Assembly (NCBI GenBank): GCA_009859145.1 | Contig: VRVR01000032.1 | Span: 90,854 to 154,853, forward strand | Length of the DNA stretch: 64,000 nucleotides | Source of the DNA: Andalucia godoyi And28 | Taxonomy: Eukaryota; Protista; Jakobida | Direction: 5' to 3' | Shown here: positions 50,707-60,398 of the stretch, in pieces | How the letters are laid out: the number at the start of each line of letters is the position of its first letter | Position numbering within the stretch: the first letter of the stretch is position 1 | Notes under the pieces: model-generated | Told to the model about the DNA's origin: nothing | Seen by the model: the letters and a program-made list of their open reading frames with translations, nothing else | Database searches by the model: none | Position numbers and translations under genes: made by a program

Positions 50707-53541
50707 ATGTCTTCCAAGTTTTTCGAGACCGGCGATTCTTCGACTGAGGAATCTGAGGAGTCTTACGAGTCCGAGTCTTCAGCAGAGGAGTCAAAGGCGC
50801 AACGTCAGCCAGCTGCGAAGCGCGTCTTTTACGATTCTGACGAAAGTGAGGATGAAGGCCAGCGAGTTGTTAAGACTTTCGAAGAAAAGATTGCGGATGA
50901 GTATTCGTCACTGAGTCAAAAGATCAAGGAGCACATTTCTGCAAACGACATCTTGTCGCTTGAGAAGGACTTTAAGGATCTTCGAGGAGTGTTTGACAAG
51001 CAAAAGAAACGCGTTTCGTTTGGAGTCAGATTCGTTGTTCCTTCTGCATTCTTGCGAAATCTCATTCGCATCTCGGATACAGTTCTCAACTTTTCCAAAG
51101 ACATTAAACTTGCACCCACGCAAGGAAAGGCCCTTGGCAAGCTGCAGTATGTTCTGCGAAAGCACAACACGGAATTCACGGAAGAGCTCGTCAAGTTCCG
51201 AGAACATCCGATCACATCAGATGACGAAAAGAAGGCCAAGCCATCGAAGGCTGCTGTTGTGGAGTCGGAAGACGAGGAAGAGGAGGTGGATGAAGAAGAG
51301 GAAGACGAAGCTTCCAATGACGAAGACGAGGATGAAGTTGAAGACGAGTCGGAAGACGAGTCGGACGATTCTGACGAGTCGAGTGACGAGGACTCCTCAA
51401 CTTCTGGAGATTCCGATGAGTCTTCTGAAGACGAGAAGCCGAAGTCTGGGCTTGCAAAGTGGCTGGCGAAGGCCCCTGCCCAGTCGACGGCAAAGGCTTC
51501 CAAGAAGCCCGCTGGTGCTGTGGACAAGACTGCCTTGACAAAAAGGAAGGAGAAAGAAGGAGCTCCGGAGCCGCAGGAGGTTCCCGCAGTTCCGGCTGCT
51601 GAAACTGAGGTGAGCCAGGATAACTTTTCTCGTCTGGTTAAAGAAAATCTCGAAAAGAAGCTGCGTCGACCGGTGGAATCTGCATCGCAAATGCAGCTAT
51701 TGGAAAAGCTGCAAGTTTTTGCAAAATCTCCAGCACGCATTGCTGGCCTCTCAATTCACATGTGCAACACTGCGTTCGAATCGGTGCCGGCAGATGCCCC
51801 TCTGAGCTTTAACGTCTGGTTGCAATGTCTTGGGGCGGTTGAGCGTCTTTCCGATGCCCTGCTTGGGGTAGAATCCGCCGTTGTCGAAGACCATCCGTTT
51901 GAGGAAAACGTGGAATACCTTGCTTCTGATGCTTCTGTCGGTTCTGCAGAGATCAAGACTTCCACTCCGTTCGAGATCTTGGTGAATCGGTTGGATGAAT
52001 TTTGGACTCGTCTTTTGCAGTGGACGGATCCCCACTCTTCCGAGTTCTTGTCCATTCTTGCTGATGAATCCCGTCTTCTTGGATGCATCGAGAGGGCTAT
52101 TTACTTTTATGAAACTAGAATGCGCAGCACCCTCAGAGCGGCGGAATTGAAGCGACTGTTGGTTGAGCACGTTTACTACCGCAAACAGACAGATCATTCT
52201 GTACTCGTGGATCGTATGCGTGCATCGATTGCGAAGTCAGCATCCGACAGAGCCGAATTTTGGAAGGCAAAAGCAGCTGGAATCTCTCCCGAAGTTCATG
52301 TTCCGGAATTGATCGAAAGCGATCTTACCATGCTGATGAATGCCCTCACTTCCCAGATTTATGGGTCTACTCCTGAGAAGCATCGAGCACGTGTTCGTGT
52401 CATGCTGTGCCATGTCTACCACCATGCGCTGCATGGTAGGTATGCAGTTGCGCGCGACATGCTTCTTGAGTCCCATGTTTCGGATACTGTGCAGGCTGCT
52501 GACGAGACCACGATGGTTCTTTACAATCGAGCCTTGGTGCAAATTGGGCTTTGTGCGTTCCGCTGCGGCTTGTTCTCGGAGGCGCATGCCGTGCTTGTGG
52601 ACATCGGATCACATCCGAAGAAGCAAGAGCTGCTTGCGCAACCGCAATTGGATGGTAAACTGACGGATGTGGATGAGAGACGCTTGAGAAAGCGCATGGT
52701 TCCCCTTCCCCAGTTCATTAATCTCCAGTTGTTGGAAGTTTTCCATCTGATCGCGGCTATGCTTGTTGAGATTCCCCTGCTTGCTGCGAATCGTGTGGCC
52801 TGGCAATCGTCGTTTGGCATGGGTGCGATGTCAATGTCAATGGGTTCTGGCGGCTTCTCAAGTGGCCTTTATGGTCTCTCCCTCGGTCCTGAGGTCGATG
52901 CGTCCAGATTAGAGTACATTTTGGGCTCCAAGGTGTTCTCCCGCATGATGGAACACTACTCCAGACCGGTTCTGTTTGGACCTCCTGAATCAACAAGAGA
53001 TCACATCTATACTGCGGCGCTGGCGATGCTCGAAGGCGACTGGGCTCGTTGCTGCTCTGTCTTGTTTGAGATTGACACCTGGACAGGTATTCACAATGCA
53101 GAGGATGTGAAAGCAAAGTTGAAAGAGAGGGTGAAAGAAGAGACCATGCGTTCGTATTTGCTCAGTAATGCACGTATTTACAAGTCCTTCTCGATCCCTC
53201 GACTGTTGTCGATGTTTGAAACGTCGCGTGAAGTTTGTCTCGCGCTGATTTCTCGCATGATCTTGTCCGAGGAATTCAGAGGTGCAGTGGACGCGGAGCA
53301 CGATTGCGTGGTTGTCCACCCTGTTTTCACGGAAAACAGCAGACTACGGTCCTTGTCTCTGCAGTTGGCCGATAAGAACGGACGGCTGATGGACTTCCAG
53401 GAGAAGTTTGCGCGAGACGCTGATGGATCATCGTATGATCAGTCCTATTCAGACAGGTATGCTTCAGGCTCACAAGGAAAGCCGTACAAGCACATGGGTT
53501 CCTTCCAAGACCCTTCTAAGAGAAGAAAGTACCAACAATAA
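50707..53541 (+). CDS. EIF3C: Translation initiation factor eIF3 subunit c (NIP1)
   Basis: MSSKFFETGDSS...SDESEDEGQRVVKT, RVMLCHVYHHALHGRY..ARDMLL, YNRALVQIGLCAFRCG, FINLQLLE, GPPESTRDHI, PCI domain. Confidence 0.96.
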   Translation: MSSKFFETGDSSTEESEESYESESSAEESKAQRQPAAKRVFYDSDESEDEGQRVVKTFEEKIADEYSSLSQKIKEHISANDILSLEKDFKDLRGVFDKQKKRVSFGVRFVVPSAFLRNLIRISDTVLNFSKDIKLAPTQGKALGKLQYVLRKHNTEFTEELVKFREHPITSDDEKKAKPSKAAVVESEDEEEEVDEEEEDEASNDEDEDEVEDESEDESDDSDESSDEDSSTSGDSDESSEDEKPKSGLAKWLAKAPAQSTAKASKKPAGAVDKTALTKRKEKEGAPEPQEVPAVPAAETEVSQDNFSRLVKENLEKKLRRPVESASQMQLLEKLQVFAKSPARIAGLSIHMCNTAFESVPADAPLSFNVWLQCLGAVERLSDALLGVESAVVEDHPFEENVEYLASDASVGSAEIKTSTPFEILVNRLDEFWTRLLQWTDPHSSEFLSILADESRLLGCIERAIYFYETRMRSTLRAAELKRLLVEHVYYRKQTDHSVLVDRMRASIAKSASDRAEFWKAKAAGISPEVHVPELIESDLTMLMNALTSQIYGSTPEKHRARVRVMLCHVYHHALHGRYAVARDMLLESHVSDTVQAADETTMVLYNRALVQIGLCAFRCGLFSEAHAVLVDIGSHPKKQELLAQPQLDGKLTDVDERRLRKRMVPLPQFINLQLLEVFHLIAAMLVEIPLLAANRVAWQSSFGMGAMSMSMGSGGFSSGLYGLSLGPEVDASRLEYILGSKVFSRMMEHYSRPVLFGPPESTRDHIYTAALAMLEGDWARCCSVLFEIDTWTGIHNAEDVKAKLKERVKEETMRSYLLSNARIYKSFSIPRLLSMFETSREVCLALISRMILSEEFRGAVDAEHDCVVVHPVFTENSRLRSLSLQLADKNGRLMDFQEKFARDADGSSYDQSYSDRYASGSQGKPYKHMGSFQDPSKRRKYQQ

Positions 53542-53553
53542 GAATCTGTCAAT

Positions 53554-54699
53554 TCAATGTGTGCTCGTAAACACTCCATTATGAAATAGTCCACACTGGA
53601 CAGTAACACCGAGGGGCGACACGACCGTTCCAAACCCGTGCGGCACACCCTTTTCCAAGCCTCCAACATACTTGTTTCCGTCTGGGAGCACGACCATGCC
53701 AGCGCCTGGAAACAATGAGCTTTCAAAGTAATCCCCGTCTTTCAAGTCAGAGCATCCTTTCGAAGCCAAACGCTCTTGCAGCACACGCAACTTCCTAGCC
53801 TCCAAACGGTACTGTGATTCTCTGCCCCCTTCTTCTATCCTGCCCATCCAAACAAGAATTCTTTCGCTATCCTTTGCGACAGGATTGAAAGTTGAAGGTT
53901 TTCCAAAGATCGAGAAGCCGTCTGCGTGGCCTTCCTGGCAATGCACAACAGACATGGCGGACGTGTCATTGTTGTAAACCCGTGTCCAGCCACAAATCTG
54001 CCCTTTGCAAAAGGAGGCAAGAATACAGAACTTGCCATGTACGTTCATCATGCACCCGTCTCCATCGACTTTGCCCTTCGAAAACCCGCCTTCATACATG
54101 TATCCGTTCGCATTGTACAATCTGCCCATACCTGCAAACTCGTCATCGGTCCATTCTCCATCATAAACATAGGCCCCATGATCCCAGCTGAGCATTCCCC
54201 TGCCTTCGCGGAGGCCAGCAACCCAATCGCCGTGATACACAGATCCATCGGCGTACGTGCAAGTTCCCCGACCATGGCGTAGACCTTTCGAAAAGTCGCC
54301 GTCATAAACAAAGTCCGGACACTTTAGCAATCCACGACCGCTCATGAGCCCATCTCGAAACATTCCTTTGTACTCGAGGACCTCTCCATCGGCACTCCAC
54401 AGCCACGTACGCTGTCCGTAGCCGTGAAACCTCCCTTCTTCGAGGAATCCTTCATATTTTTCCACGACCTTTCCCTGCCCGTTGAGAGGTTGAAAATAAA
54501 ATATGCCTTTGCCATGCATCAAATCTGCTTTCCAATGCCCAACATATCTTCGACCTGTCATGGCCCACTGCTGATCGCCGAAGCCATGTCGAGCTCCATG
54601 TGAAAAGTAGCCACAATATTCCGACCCGTCTTCGTATGTCATAAGACCCTTCCCGTGCGGAGCCCCGAGGGCATCAACTTCACCAGTAAATATCGGCAT
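53554..54699 (-). CDS. MORN-repeat protein (start uncertain)
   Basis: Repeated YxGxFxxGxxHGxG units (YCGYFSHGARHGFG, YVGHWKADLMHGKG, YDGDFSKGLRHGRG and others). Confidence 0.9.
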   Translation of the reverse strand: MPIFTGEVDALGAPHGKGLMTYEDGSEYCGYFSHGARHGFGDQQWAMTGRRYVGHWKADLMHGKGIFYFQPLNGQGKVVEKYEGFLEEGRFHGYGQRTWLWSADGEVLEYKGMFRDGLMSGRGLLKCPDFVYDGDFSKGLRHGRGTCTYADGSVYHGDWVAGLREGRGMLSWDHGAYVYDGEWTDDEFAGMGRLYNANGYMYEGGFSKGKVDGDGCMMNVHGKFCILASFCKGQICGWTRVYNNDTSAMSVVHCQEGHADGFSIFGKPSTFNPVAKDSERILVWMGRIEEGGRESQYRLEARKLRVLQERLASKGCSDLKDGDYFESSLFPGAGMVVLPDGNKYVGGLEKGVPHGFGTVVSPLGVTVQCGLFHNGVFTSTH

Positions 54700-56475
54700 A
54701 TCCTCGTGAGGTACAATCCACTCCCGTTGACGTTATGATCTCCCGTCGTATTATTGCTTTCTCTTCGTTCCTTGTCGTCGTCGTCGCCGTGGTCGTCGTG
54801 GATTGTACTCCCCTCTCCACTGTTTCGCTCACTCGAAAATCGTCCGGGAAAACTCGGTTGTCGGGGATCAGGTCGGGTGACTTTCGGAAGGTCAGAGCAA
54901 ACCATGCTCGGTTTTTATTTACTGCCGATGGGCAACTTTTTTGAACTGTTTTAGGTAATTGTGTTTTCGCCGTCTTTGACAAAAATGCTCTGCAATCCTA
55001 ACGTAAGATGTCCCCTCTTCTCCCATCTGGTTAGAAATTAAATAAGTAAAAGCAAAATCTCCCTCTCTTCCTCTTGGAGGCATGTTCGAAACTGCACGAA
55101 CGATCCGAAAAGAAGTACGATGCTTGAAGCCAGGTGCTTCGGAAAGGGGCCGCGTGCGGAACGTTGCATTGCATCCGCACTTTTTATCAACGACTCTACA
55201 ATACCTAGACGATTGATTCGCAGGATCGAGTGTCATGCAACACTGAAAAAGTACCAGTAAGAGCCAGCGGGGTGCTGATGCATTGCTATCGCAGCCCGTA
55301 AACAAATAGGCCTAGTTCTTGAATGTGATCGCAACAGTCGGTGGTAGGTGGCATGTGTAAATATGCATCACTGTTGCTTTTTGCTTTGACGGCAGCGCCT
55401 CATCGGACAGTGAAGTACAAAACTGCATCGAAGGGAATAAAACTTAAAAAGGAAATGTCGTGCTTATTTTTTGCAGTACAGATTCTCCTCACGTGCGGTA
55501 GGGATGTTTGTTATGCACTTGACGTCCATAGTTTGCAGTCTCCCTTCTTTCTCGATCGACTCTTTTGTGCACGATGTGGCTAATACGGTTGATGACAACC
55601 GATACTGGCAGTTTTGACAGTGGCACTTGTTTAATTTTGTCACGCTCAGGAGTCAGGACCCCCAGAACGTCCAGTGGGACTCACAAAGTACTGGCTGTAC
55701 AGGAATCACACGAGAATAGAGAGAATCGTCGCCATCGATCTCTGCGAATTGCGGTATCTTGTCGAAGCGTCTTATAACCCTTCAACGTGGTATATCAGAT
55801 AGTACGGCTGAAGGTGGGCAGCCGTCGACATTGCTGCTGAATGAAGACCGACCTTTTTCCCCTGCAGATTGCTGCTACCGGTTGCTGTTGTTGTCGTCGT
55901 CGTTGTCGTCGTTGTCGTTGTCGCGGCGGCGTAGGTGTGCAGGTCGAGGCCCGATGAGACACTGTCGAATATTGACAACCGATTCCTTGTGATCGACGAT
56001 TCCGCCGCCGTGCCCTCTCTCTCTCTCTCTCTCTCTCTATGTGGCGCACTCCATTTGCCAATCAACAATCAATACAATATCCGCTCGATTGAAAACAGAG
56101 ATTGAAGAACACGAGATTGAACAAGTGGATAAAAACTGCGGAACGGCCAAAAAAAAATGAAGCTCGTTGAAATCCCTAGTTTTTCCCCTGGTTCCCAAGG
56201 TCCAAACGGTTTCTAACGAATGCACTGATTGCTCAGCTAGAGAGGTCTGACGAAAATATCGGTTGTTTCTGTTTTGGGATGCGCAGACCCACGGAGGTCC
56301 CACTCAAAAGGGGAACTTCATTGGATGGGGTGCTGATGCGGATTGTAAAAGTCACGCTTTACGCCATAAAGTCTGTTTGAGGCGCAGCATGCGAGACAAA
56401 TTTTTGGAGAGGGTTGGGTTGGAGGTAAGTACTGTACTCCCCTCTCCCGAATTCCTTTCCTTATTTCTTTTTCTT

Positions 56476-56517
56476 TTTCTGTTTCTGTTTCTGTTTCTGT
56501 TTCTGTTTCTGTTTCTG
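56476..56517 (+). repeat. (TTTCTG)7 tandem repeat
   Basis: Seven 6-bp units upstream of mS38. Confidence 0.9.
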
Positions 56518-56594
56518 TTTTAGTTTTAGTTTTTGTTTTTTGTTTTTTGTTTGCTTTCGTCGAAACGCACACACAACAGGAAGCCTGCAGCATA

Positions 56595-56990
56595 ATGGCG
56601 ATGAGGCTTTTTTCGGCTGCGAGCCCATCTTTGCGACTGGCTTTCCAGCCTGCAGCCTTGCAGACGCTGTGGAGACCTGCGGCTGCCAACATGATCGTTC
56701 CACAGCCCCTGCCAATGCTGCAGCTATCCTCGCTTTTCATTGACCGAAGCGAGCTCTGCAATATCGAAGAAATTTCGATGTCTTCTGTCATCAAGAAGCG
56801 AAAGAAGAAGATGAACAAACACAAGCTTCGCAAGAGACGGTATGATCTTTCGTTGCTCGTTATTCAATTTGAGCACTGTTATGTTGTCTTGTTTTTTTGG
56901 TATACTAATCTATCCTTTGCGCTTTAATGTGGCTTTTTTAAATTCATTCACGGCATTAGCAAAGCACAAAGACATAAGAACGAACCATAA
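56595..56990 (+). CDS. Mitochondrial small-subunit protein mS38/COX24-like (DUF1713); two exons, 56595-56839 and 56960-56990
   Basis: Presequence MAMRLFSAASPSLRL, then MSSVIKKRKKKMNKHKLRKRR. GTATGA donor at 56840, TACTAAT branch-like site near 56903, AG acceptor at 56958-56959. Splicing gives ...RKRRKAQRHKNEP*. Confidence 0.8.
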
Positions 56991-57189
56991 TTCGAGTGAT
57001 TGGGTTTCCACACGGTTTTTGTTTCCGTTTCCGTTTGCTTTTGTTTTGTTTTATTTTCTTTTTCTGTTTGTTCTTTAAAGAATCATAAGAGGAAATTCGT
57101 AAAAATGTCCAGCACAATGACATTCCTTTGTTATTATCGTGGTTTTTTTGGTTTTTTTTTGTTTGTTTTCTTGGCGTGAATTCCTTGTG

Positions 57190-57807
57190 CCAACATTATG
57201 CACTGAATATGCATATCTACGAATAGGCATGCATATTCAGTCTTGCATCCCGTTGCCGGGAAGGGGATCGGCCCCCAACACGCCTCACGGCGTTCTTCAG
57301 ATAGATGTTCCGCGCTCTGCTCCCAAACTCGATCAATCGGTGAGCCACTTTCCCAGCGTGACACGTTGCTCCTGAGAAGGGTACATTTTGATTCTGACGG
57401 CCCTAGCAGCAGGCGCTTTCGTGTCCTCAGTTGCAGCGATTGATGCAACTGGAGACACGAGAGGAAGAGGCGGTAGGTGTAGTGACACGTGGTCTCTTAG
57501 TAGGTCTGCGGGACCTAGGAGGCCCTGCATCGGGCGGCGTAGGCGTAGGCGAATGCGTCATCCCAGCGCACTCACGCCCACATTTGAATTAAAAAACGAA
57601 ACCAACGAATGATAGAATGATAGATGGCTACGGATGCTGCGTTAAAGAATGTCGAAAATGCGGGGCGTGTGTCACCGGCGGCTGAATTCTGGCCGAGCGT
57701 GGGTAAGCACGAATTCCTGTGAAACAAACGTGCTAGTGTCGGAAAGCATTGACCGTGTCTGTTTATGTTTACTTCCGTATATGCATGACAATGACGTGTC
57801 ATTATTC
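57190..57807 (-). mobile_element. Non-autonomous Fanzor/TnpB-derived element, copy 2
   Basis: Reverse complement aligns end to end with 8952-9500. ATG 57561 gives MTHSPTPTPPDAGPPRSRRPTKRPRVTT; after a frameshift, AARAVRIKMYPSQEQRVTLGKWLT; then IDRVW[+g]SRARNIYLK at 57337-57295. Same TTCG hairpin; ends ATAATGTTGGC. Carries a 64-bp segment (57415-57478) absent from copy 1. Confidence 0.85.
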
Positions 57808-57812
57808 AACGG

Positions 57813-60398
57813 CTACTTGTTGGATTCTGAAGATCCATTCGGATGCGAGAACTGAGAAATTGTTGCATACTTGGCAAGAAGATCCCCGAGAGGGCGATTC
57901 ATCGCCTTCCTCTTCGGAGCCTGAAGAGCAAAGACTTGCATGCACCGAGATGGCACACTCAACGTGGCATGTGGTACAATTTGCTCGCCAATCTCACTTT
58001 CATTCGAAGTGTCCAGCAGACGTACCCAAAACACGGAAGGAGAGATGCTCCTAATGTTAGGCAGCGACTTGCGAGATCGCGATACACCATGGAGAGCAGT
58101 GGGAACGGACAATGAAGAGGAGATCTGCAAGGAGCTACCCGACGTGGGCGGTGCATGTTCGCCGAAAGAAATGACCGGGCTGCGGCCCTCGATAGCTTTC
58201 GCTTGGCGATTCGAAGGAGATGCTTTCGGGATGTTGCTCGCACCCGTTTCAAAGACCCTTGAGGAACGGAACCCAGAATTGGGACCATCTTCAGCTGGAG
58301 CCAGAGTCATCGCGTTGACGACAGCTCCGGCAGACGGGATCACAAACGACACCGCTTCCCAATAAGCGTTGATCAGGATCAGCAACGTGTCTCCATTTTC
58401 GTCTTCGGGGTTCTTGGGAACTAAAATGCCGATGGAGCGCGCGTGAAACTCGTTCCATTCCTCCGTTTTCATCTCATGTCCTGCAGGATTGAACCAACGG
58501 TGCGGGAGGTCGTAGGAAACACACTGGAGAGACAAGTTTCTTTGACGAATTCTCATGCACTGCTCACAAAATTCAAGAAATTCCGTGGCTTGCTGCGACG
58601 ACTCGAGATTCAGTGGTTCAATGCCCACTGACGAGGCAACGTCCGCATGGGAGTGATTCAAATCATCAGACCCGACGTCGTCGTCGTTGAAATACGCATC
58701 CCAGTGGACCCAAGTTAACGGGGAATCATGGCAGTACACGTTGTTGTTTCCTTTGTGAGTTTGGGACAGCTCATCGCCGCCGCGGATCATGGGAGTCCCC
58801 ACCGAAAACGCCAACGTTGCAAACAGATTCCGCTTCTGGCGAGCACGGAGCTCCAAGATGTCGGCGTCAAACGTAGGTCCTTCAATACCGCAGTTCCACG
58901 AGAGGTTGTGTGACTCGCCATCTCTGTTCCCCTCTCCATTCGCATCGTTATGTTTGTCATTGTACGTGACGAGATCATGCAACGTAAAGCCATCATGTGC
59001 ACACAGGAAATTCACTGAAGACGAGGGATGTCTTCCTGCCTCTCCGCGGTACAAGTCCGAGGAACCGGCCATTCGGCACGCAAGTTCGGACAACGGGCAG
59101 TGAGCGTTCCAGAAAGCACGCACAGAATCCCGGAATTTTCCGTTCCATTCTGCCCAGTGAGTGGAAAACTGCCCAACCAGGTATCCATTTGGACCGCAAT
59201 CCCACGGCTCTGCAATCAACTTCACTCCTTGGATGAGAACTGGGTCCTGATTGACAACATCCACCCAAAAGCTGTCGATCTGGCCCTCTGAACCTCTTGT
59301 CAGGGCCGAAGCAAGATCGAAGCGGAAACCATCCACATGGCAGTGCTGGACCCAGTATCGAAGCGAATCCAGCACCAACTGCAGTGTCGCGGGGTTTCGA
59401 GTATTCAGAGAGTTGCCGCAGCCCGTAAAATCGGTGAAGTACCGCTTTCCACCAGGGTTTAGCGGACCCCCTTCCAGGCGGTAGTAAGACGAACAGTCAG
59501 CGAGTTTCAAGTGGAAGCTGGGACCTTCTTGATTCCCTTCACATGTGTGATTGTACACGACATCGAGGATGACTTCAATTCCCGCGTCATGAAGTGCACG
59601 CACCATGCATTTGAATTCAAAAATTGCAGTCTGTGGATCAGGAGAGGTTGCGAACCGAACGTCCGGAGCAAAGAACCCTAGTGTATTGTAGCCCCAGTAG
59701 TTCGTCATGCCGCGTCCAGCGATCATGCCTTCGTCGACATGATAGTGAATCGGCAAGAGTTCGATGGCCGTCACACCCATGGCTTTCAAGTGACTGATAA
59801 CACATTCACAGGATATCCCCAAGAACTTCCCTCTCAAGTGTTCCGGAACGCCGGGATGCAGCATCGTGAGCCCCTTGACGTGCGCCTCGTAAATCACAGT
59901 CTTGTGAAAAGGAATGCGCGGTGGTCGATCTACGCCCCATGAAAACGCATCGTCAATCACCATGGACAGCGGCGCAAAGGCAGCATTATCAGACTCGTCC
60001 TTGACCATATCGTCACGACGCTCGGCAGGCTGAGCGACATGCGAAAACATCGATGCATCGTAGTTGATCGAGCGAGCTATGCCTTTGGCGTATGGGTCCA
60101 AACACAGCTTGCTAGCATTGCAACGCAAGCCGTTCTCGGGATCCCAGACTCCGTCCACTCGGAAAGAATACAGCTGACCCGGTCGGACGTTGCGAAGATG
60201 GCCGTGAAAAACATGGTTGGTCTTTCTAGGTAGAGGAATCCGCATGGACTCCTGCTTGTCAGTAACATTGTCAAACAAGCACAGATACACTGCGCGTGCA
60301 ACGGAGGAATAAATTGCAAAGTTGCATCCAAGTCCATCAAACGTCGCACCAAGCGGGTACGGCGCACCGTCTGTGAGAATATCGTCGTACGGAAGCAT
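57813..60398 (-). CDS. glgX: Glycogen debranching enzyme / isoamylase GlgX (GH13_11 with CBM48)
   Basis: GAPYPLGATFDGLGCNFAIYS, IYEAHVKGLT, NYWGYNTLGFFAP, ILDVVYNHT, DGFRFDLA (Asp), KLIAEPWD (Glu), FLCAHDGFTL (Asp), GTPMIRGGDE, GNNNVYCHD. Confidence 0.96.
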   Translation of the reverse strand: MLPYDDILTDGAPYPLGATFDGLGCNFAIYSSVARAVYLCLFDNVTDKQESMRIPLPRKTNHVFHGHLRNVRPGQLYSFRVDGVWDPENGLRCNASKLCLDPYAKGIARSINYDASMFSHVAQPAERRDDMVKDESDNAAFAPLSMVIDDAFSWGVDRPPRIPFHKTVIYEAHVKGLTMLHPGVPEHLRGKFLGISCECVISHLKAMGVTAIELLPIHYHVDEGMIAGRGMTNYWGYNTLGFFAPDVRFATSPDPQTAIFEFKCMVRALHDAGIEVILDVVYNHTCEGNQEGPSFHLKLADCSSYYRLEGGPLNPGGKRYFTDFTGCGNSLNTRNPATLQLVLDSLRYWVQHCHVDGFRFDLASALTRGSEGQIDSFWVDVVNQDPVLIQGVKLIAEPWDCGPNGYLVGQFSTHWAEWNGKFRDSVRAFWNAHCPLSELACRMAGSSDLYRGEAGRHPSSSVNFLCAHDGFTLHDLVTYNDKHNDANGEGNRDGESHNLSWNCGIEGPTFDADILELRARQKRNLFATLAFSVGTPMIRGGDELSQTHKGNNNVYCHDSPLTWVHWDAYFNDDDVGSDDLNHSHADVASSVGIEPLNLESSQQATEFLEFCEQCMRIRQRNLSLQCVSYDLPHRWFNPAGHEMKTEEWNEFHARSIGILVPKNPEDENGDTLLILINAYWEAVSFVIPSAGAVVNAMTLAPAEDGPNSGFRSSRVFETGASNIPKASPSNRQAKAIEGRSPVISFGEHAPPTSGSSLQISSSLSVPTALHGVSRSRKSLPNIRSISPSVFWVRLLDTSNESEIGEQIVPHATLSVPSRCMQVFALQAPKRKAMNRPLGDLLAKYATISQFSHPNGSSESNK

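Noticed and set aside
55226-55290. ATGCAACACTGAA resembling the 5' arm of the omegaRNA-like module
   Set aside because: No pairing 3' arm and no terminal AA.GT.GG motif.
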